DNA from: Planctomycetota bacterium
Lineage (GTDB): Bacteria > Planctomycetota > Phycisphaerae > WQYP01
NCBI GenBank assembly: GCA_021808105.1
Contig: JAKBCC010000003.1
Coordinates: forward strand, 1 to 50,991
Direction: 5' to 3'
DNA: 50,991 nt
This document shows, piece after piece, positions 46,491 to 50,991 of this stretch (position 1 is the first letter of the stretch; the number at the start of each line of letters is the position of its first letter). A program made the position numbers and the translations under genes. Below the pieces are notes generated by a model. The model ran no database searches and was not told the origin of the DNA. It was given only the letters and a program-made list of their open reading frames with translations.

Positions 46491-46719
46491 GATAGCAACT
46501 TCCGCTTCAGCCAGAGAGGTTTGGCTTGAAGCATTTCAATTTGGAACAGGAGTAAGAAATTGACCATGGAGTGCGATCAGATTAAAACCACCTGACGTGG
46601 TTGTCATTTATGTCGGATAATGGTAACATTAAAGGTTTGTCAGGGCATGAAAGATATGCTTTTATGAACCTTGACGACGTTGCCGGAATTGTTACAACAG
46701 AGGAAATCGGGTTTAACAC

Positions 46720-47646
46720 ATGACGACCACAACCGCTCCAATCGTAAATTCATCCACGCCGCGCGATGCGGGCAGGGCCAAATCTCTTTTTGAGCAGGCT
46801 ATGAAGTTCGCGCATGCCGGCAATATTGTGCAGGCCGCTGACAAGCTGGAAGAGGCGCATCAGGTTGATCCGGAAAATGAGGATGTGGCATTCAAGCTGG
46901 CTTATTACGCTGATCTTCTCGGTGATGATGAATTGTCGCTTTCCATTTATGAATCTCTGGCACAGCATCAACCCACGCGTGAAGGCGTGCTGTTAAACCT
47001 TTCCGTGCTGTATGAAGATGCCGGATTTTATGATGAAGCGGAAGAATGCCTGCATCGGCTCCTGTCAGTAAAACCCAATAATCCGCATGGACGCATGTAT
47101 TATGAACATGTGGATAGCTCCATGTATATGGAAGTGCAGGATGATTCTGATAAACGCATCCTGCCGCGCAATATGCTTCTGGAATTGCCCACCACGGATT
47201 TTGAACTTTCCGTGCGTGCCCGCAACTGCCTGAAGAAAATGAATATCCGGACGCTGGGTGATCTGGTGCGTACCAGCGAGGCCGAGCTTATCAGCTACAA
47301 AAACTTTGGCGAAACCAGCCTGGATGAAATCAGGGAAATGCTATCCCGAAAAGGTCTGCGACTGGGTCAGGCCGTGGATGAAGCCCGGCAGCAGCAGCGG
47401 CAGGAACTTATTAAACAGGTCGCCGCCAAGGTGCCTGAAGCCGTATTAAATAAGCTCGTCACAGAAATGGATCTTTCCGTTCGCGCCAGCAAGGCCCTGC
47501 AACGCCTGGGCATCAACACCTTGGGCGATTTAGCCAGCCGCACCGAAGCGGAACTCATGGGCGTGAAAAACTTCGGTCAGACCAGCTTGGAAGAAGTGAA
47601 GCAGAAGCTCACCGAGTTCGGCTTGTCTTTACGTCGCGTTGAGTAG
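46720..47646 (+). CDS. TPR protein with two RNA polymerase alpha-subunit C-terminal domains
   Basis: N-terminal TPRs, then ELSVRARNCLKKMNIRTLGDL…KNFGETSLDEI and DLSVRASKALQRLGINTLGDL…KNFGQTSLEEV. Confidence 0.9.
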   Translation: MTTTTAPIVNSSTPRDAGRAKSLFEQAMKFAHAGNIVQAADKLEEAHQVDPENEDVAFKLAYYADLLGDDELSLSIYESLAQHQPTREGVLLNLSVLYEDAGFYDEAEECLHRLLSVKPNNPHGRMYYEHVDSSMYMEVQDDSDKRILPRNMLLELPTTDFELSVRARNCLKKMNIRTLGDLVRTSEAELISYKNFGETSLDEIREMLSRKGLRLGQAVDEARQQQRQELIKQVAAKVPEAVLNKLVTEMDLSVRASKALQRLGINTLGDLASRTEAELMGVKNFGQTSLEEVKQKLTEFGLSLRRVE

Positions 47647-47704
47647 CACCCGCTCCGGCAGGCCGGCCTGAGGCCACTGAATTCGGTTGCGAGAGGGCAT
47701 ACAG

Positions 47705-47766
47705 GTACCACAGGCGTCCCGCCTGCCTCTGTCGTATTTTCGATGCAGGCAATACGCCTGCGGTAC
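47705..47766. repeat. REP doublet (REPIN-like, family C)
   Basis: GTACCACAGGCGTCCCGCCTGC…GATGCAGGCAATACGCCTGCGGTAC, two inverted REP hairpins. Confidence 0.78.
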
Positions 47767-47867
47767 AACGGCTTCCATCGCCTCTTTGTCCCGTTGGGTG
47801 GCGATCGGAGTATAGTATTGCAAACATCCTCCACGCCTGTTGGCATCTTACTGCAAAGGGGTCATGG

Positions 47868-49109
47868 ATGATCCGGAGCGCACGGCGAGCACCGCGTTTT
47901 ATTCTTTTTACCGCAGCCTTGGTAGCCGGATCACTGCTTGTCGGTTGCCAGACTGTCCCTACAACTGTTTCTTATCATACAGTTCCGCCGCCCCCCAGCG
48001 TCAACTCCCTGACACCGGAATCTGGTCCGATTGTGGTAGCGCCAGTATTGCCGCTCGCATTTCCGACTGTGCCTGCAATGTTGCCCAAACCCAAAATTCT
48101 CGGGGCGTTATATCCGGGTATTATTCATCTGGCTTCGTGGATGCAGGAGCCATGGATTCGCGTGCGCATTACGCAGGAATCCGTCACGCCCCCTTACATC
48201 AATGCTCATCTCTACCGCGGGGTTGTGCGAATTGTGCATCTGGCGGACGGAAAATACGCCGCTATCAACAGTTTACCCATGGAAAGTTATCTCGCCGGCG
48301 TGCTTTCGCGCGAACTGTATCGCAACTGGCTCCCCGCCACGTACCGGGCGCAGGCCATTGCAGCGCGAACGTATGCGCTCTATCAGATCGAAACCTTTGG
48401 CCGCACCCACGCCTGGGATGTTACCGGCGGCCAAAACTCCCAGGTGTACGGCGGAAAAAATGCGGAAACGCCAAACGCATGGAATGCCGTCCGCGCTACC
48501 ACGGGCGATATTATGGAAACGCGGGACAACCAGGAAATGGGCTTGTTCTGCGCCTTTTATTCCGCCTGTAACGGGGGCGCTTCGCAAAGTGCGGCAGAGG
48601 CCTGGGGTGATGCTTCCATACCACCCCTGGTCAACCGCCTGTTTGGCACACTGGATGCCAACTGCCCGGAATTTACCTGGCCGACCATGACCTTCAGCCT
48701 GGCGCAAATTACCCAGGCTGTGACGTGGTGGGGACAGAAAAATGATCTGCCATATCTCGCGGAGCTTGGGCCTCTTGTGTCGGTGCGTATAACGCAGCGC
48801 AACCCCGTGACCCGCCGCCCGATGATTATTACACTGACGGATAATGCGGGACATGTTGGAAAAATGCGGGCGGAGGAATTCAGGCTCGCCCTGGCGCTGG
48901 ATCCGATGCGGACAGTGCCCGCGCCGCCGAGCAGTTTTTTCAAGATTCAACCTGACGGCAAGAACATTCAACTCGTAGACGGTCACGGTTTTGGCCACGG
49001 CATCGGATTATCACAGTGGGGCGACCAAACACTGGCCCAGCGCGGATGGCGCGCGCGATCCATTTTACAAACCTATTATCCACACTCCTGGATTCACAAG
49101 GAATGGTAA
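47868..49109 (+). CDS. SpoIID/LytB-domain lytic transglycosylase-like lipoprotein
   Basis: LLVGC lipobox; YRG, IN.L.MESYLAGVL..E, AQAIAARTYA, SQVYGG, GHGFGHGIGLSQWG and IL..YY motifs. Confidence 0.9.
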   Translation: MIRSARRAPRFILFTAALVAGSLLVGCQTVPTTVSYHTVPPPPSVNSLTPESGPIVVAPVLPLAFPTVPAMLPKPKILGALYPGIIHLASWMQEPWIRVRITQESVTPPYINAHLYRGVVRIVHLADGKYAAINSLPMESYLAGVLSRELYRNWLPATYRAQAIAARTYALYQIETFGRTHAWDVTGGQNSQVYGGKNAETPNAWNAVRATTGDIMETRDNQEMGLFCAFYSACNGGASQSAAEAWGDASIPPLVNRLFGTLDANCPEFTWPTMTFSLAQITQAVTWWGQKNDLPYLAELGPLVSVRITQRNPVTRRPMIITLTDNAGHVGKMRAEEFRLALALDPMRTVPAPPSSFFKIQPDGKNIQLVDGHGFGHGIGLSQWGDQTLAQRGWRARSILQTYYPHSWIHKEW

Positions 49110-49119
49110 GGATAGGACC

Positions 49120-49240
49120 AGAAGTTTAGGAGTCAGGAGTTAGGAGTTAGAATGTTTTGGAAGCGCTGTCGCTTCTATTTTGCTTTGCCAGTAAACCTGC
49201 CGCTTCATTAGGTCTTCTAACTTCTAACTCCTAACTCCTG
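49120..49240. repeat. Heptamer-armed inverted repeat between convergent spoIID-like and gyrB
   Basis: Left arm CAGGAGTTAGGAGTTAGAA, right arm TTCTAACTTCTAACTCCTAACTCCTG. Confidence 0.8.
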
Positions 49241-49259
49241 CGTTCTCGCACCGCTACGC

Positions 49260-50990
<1,731 letters not shown>

Positions 50991-50991
50991 G

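Noticed and set aside
41490-46720. attL/attR duplication of the tRNA-Val 3' end and an integrase
   Set aside because: No second copy of TTCGAATCCTGTATCGCCCA and no recombinase ORF were found by eye, so an intact integrative element is not supported.

Overview
This is a mostly housekeeping chromosomal segment, probably from a Planctomycetota bacterium (Phycisphaerae-like). That assignment is inferred from two prepilin/H-X9-DG (DUF1559-type) genes, a PEP-CTERM protein, a TPR plus twin alpha-CTD protein and an FHA-GAF histidine kinase. Core genes are araB/araD, rnhA, hemC, panD, panC, folK, dapL, rsmA, xseB, amtB-glnK, lgt, tRNA-Val(GAC), spoIID-like and gyrB. Three accessory features stand out. 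(1) At about 13.4-22.4 kb there is a LacI-controlled carbohydrate locus: a consensus sigma70 promoter, two LacI-type operators 188 bp apart, a pilin-like gene, PEP-CTERM, LacI, a GH144-like lipoprotein, a GH3 and a second pilin-like gene. It has no transporter, and is the best candidate for an uncharacterised pilin-associated beta-1,2-glucan utilisation system. (2) A REP-associated tyrosine transposase (RAYT) homologue has a broken HUH motif and sits inside a housekeeping gene run, while several REP/REPIN and heptamer repeat families are scattered across the window. (3) A decayed accessory patch follows tRNA-Val, with a duplicated-domain secreted protein, a UDG-like protein, an internally deleted acyltransferase and a HigBA-type toxin-antitoxin pair. 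All calls come from motif recognition by eye; no database searches were run.
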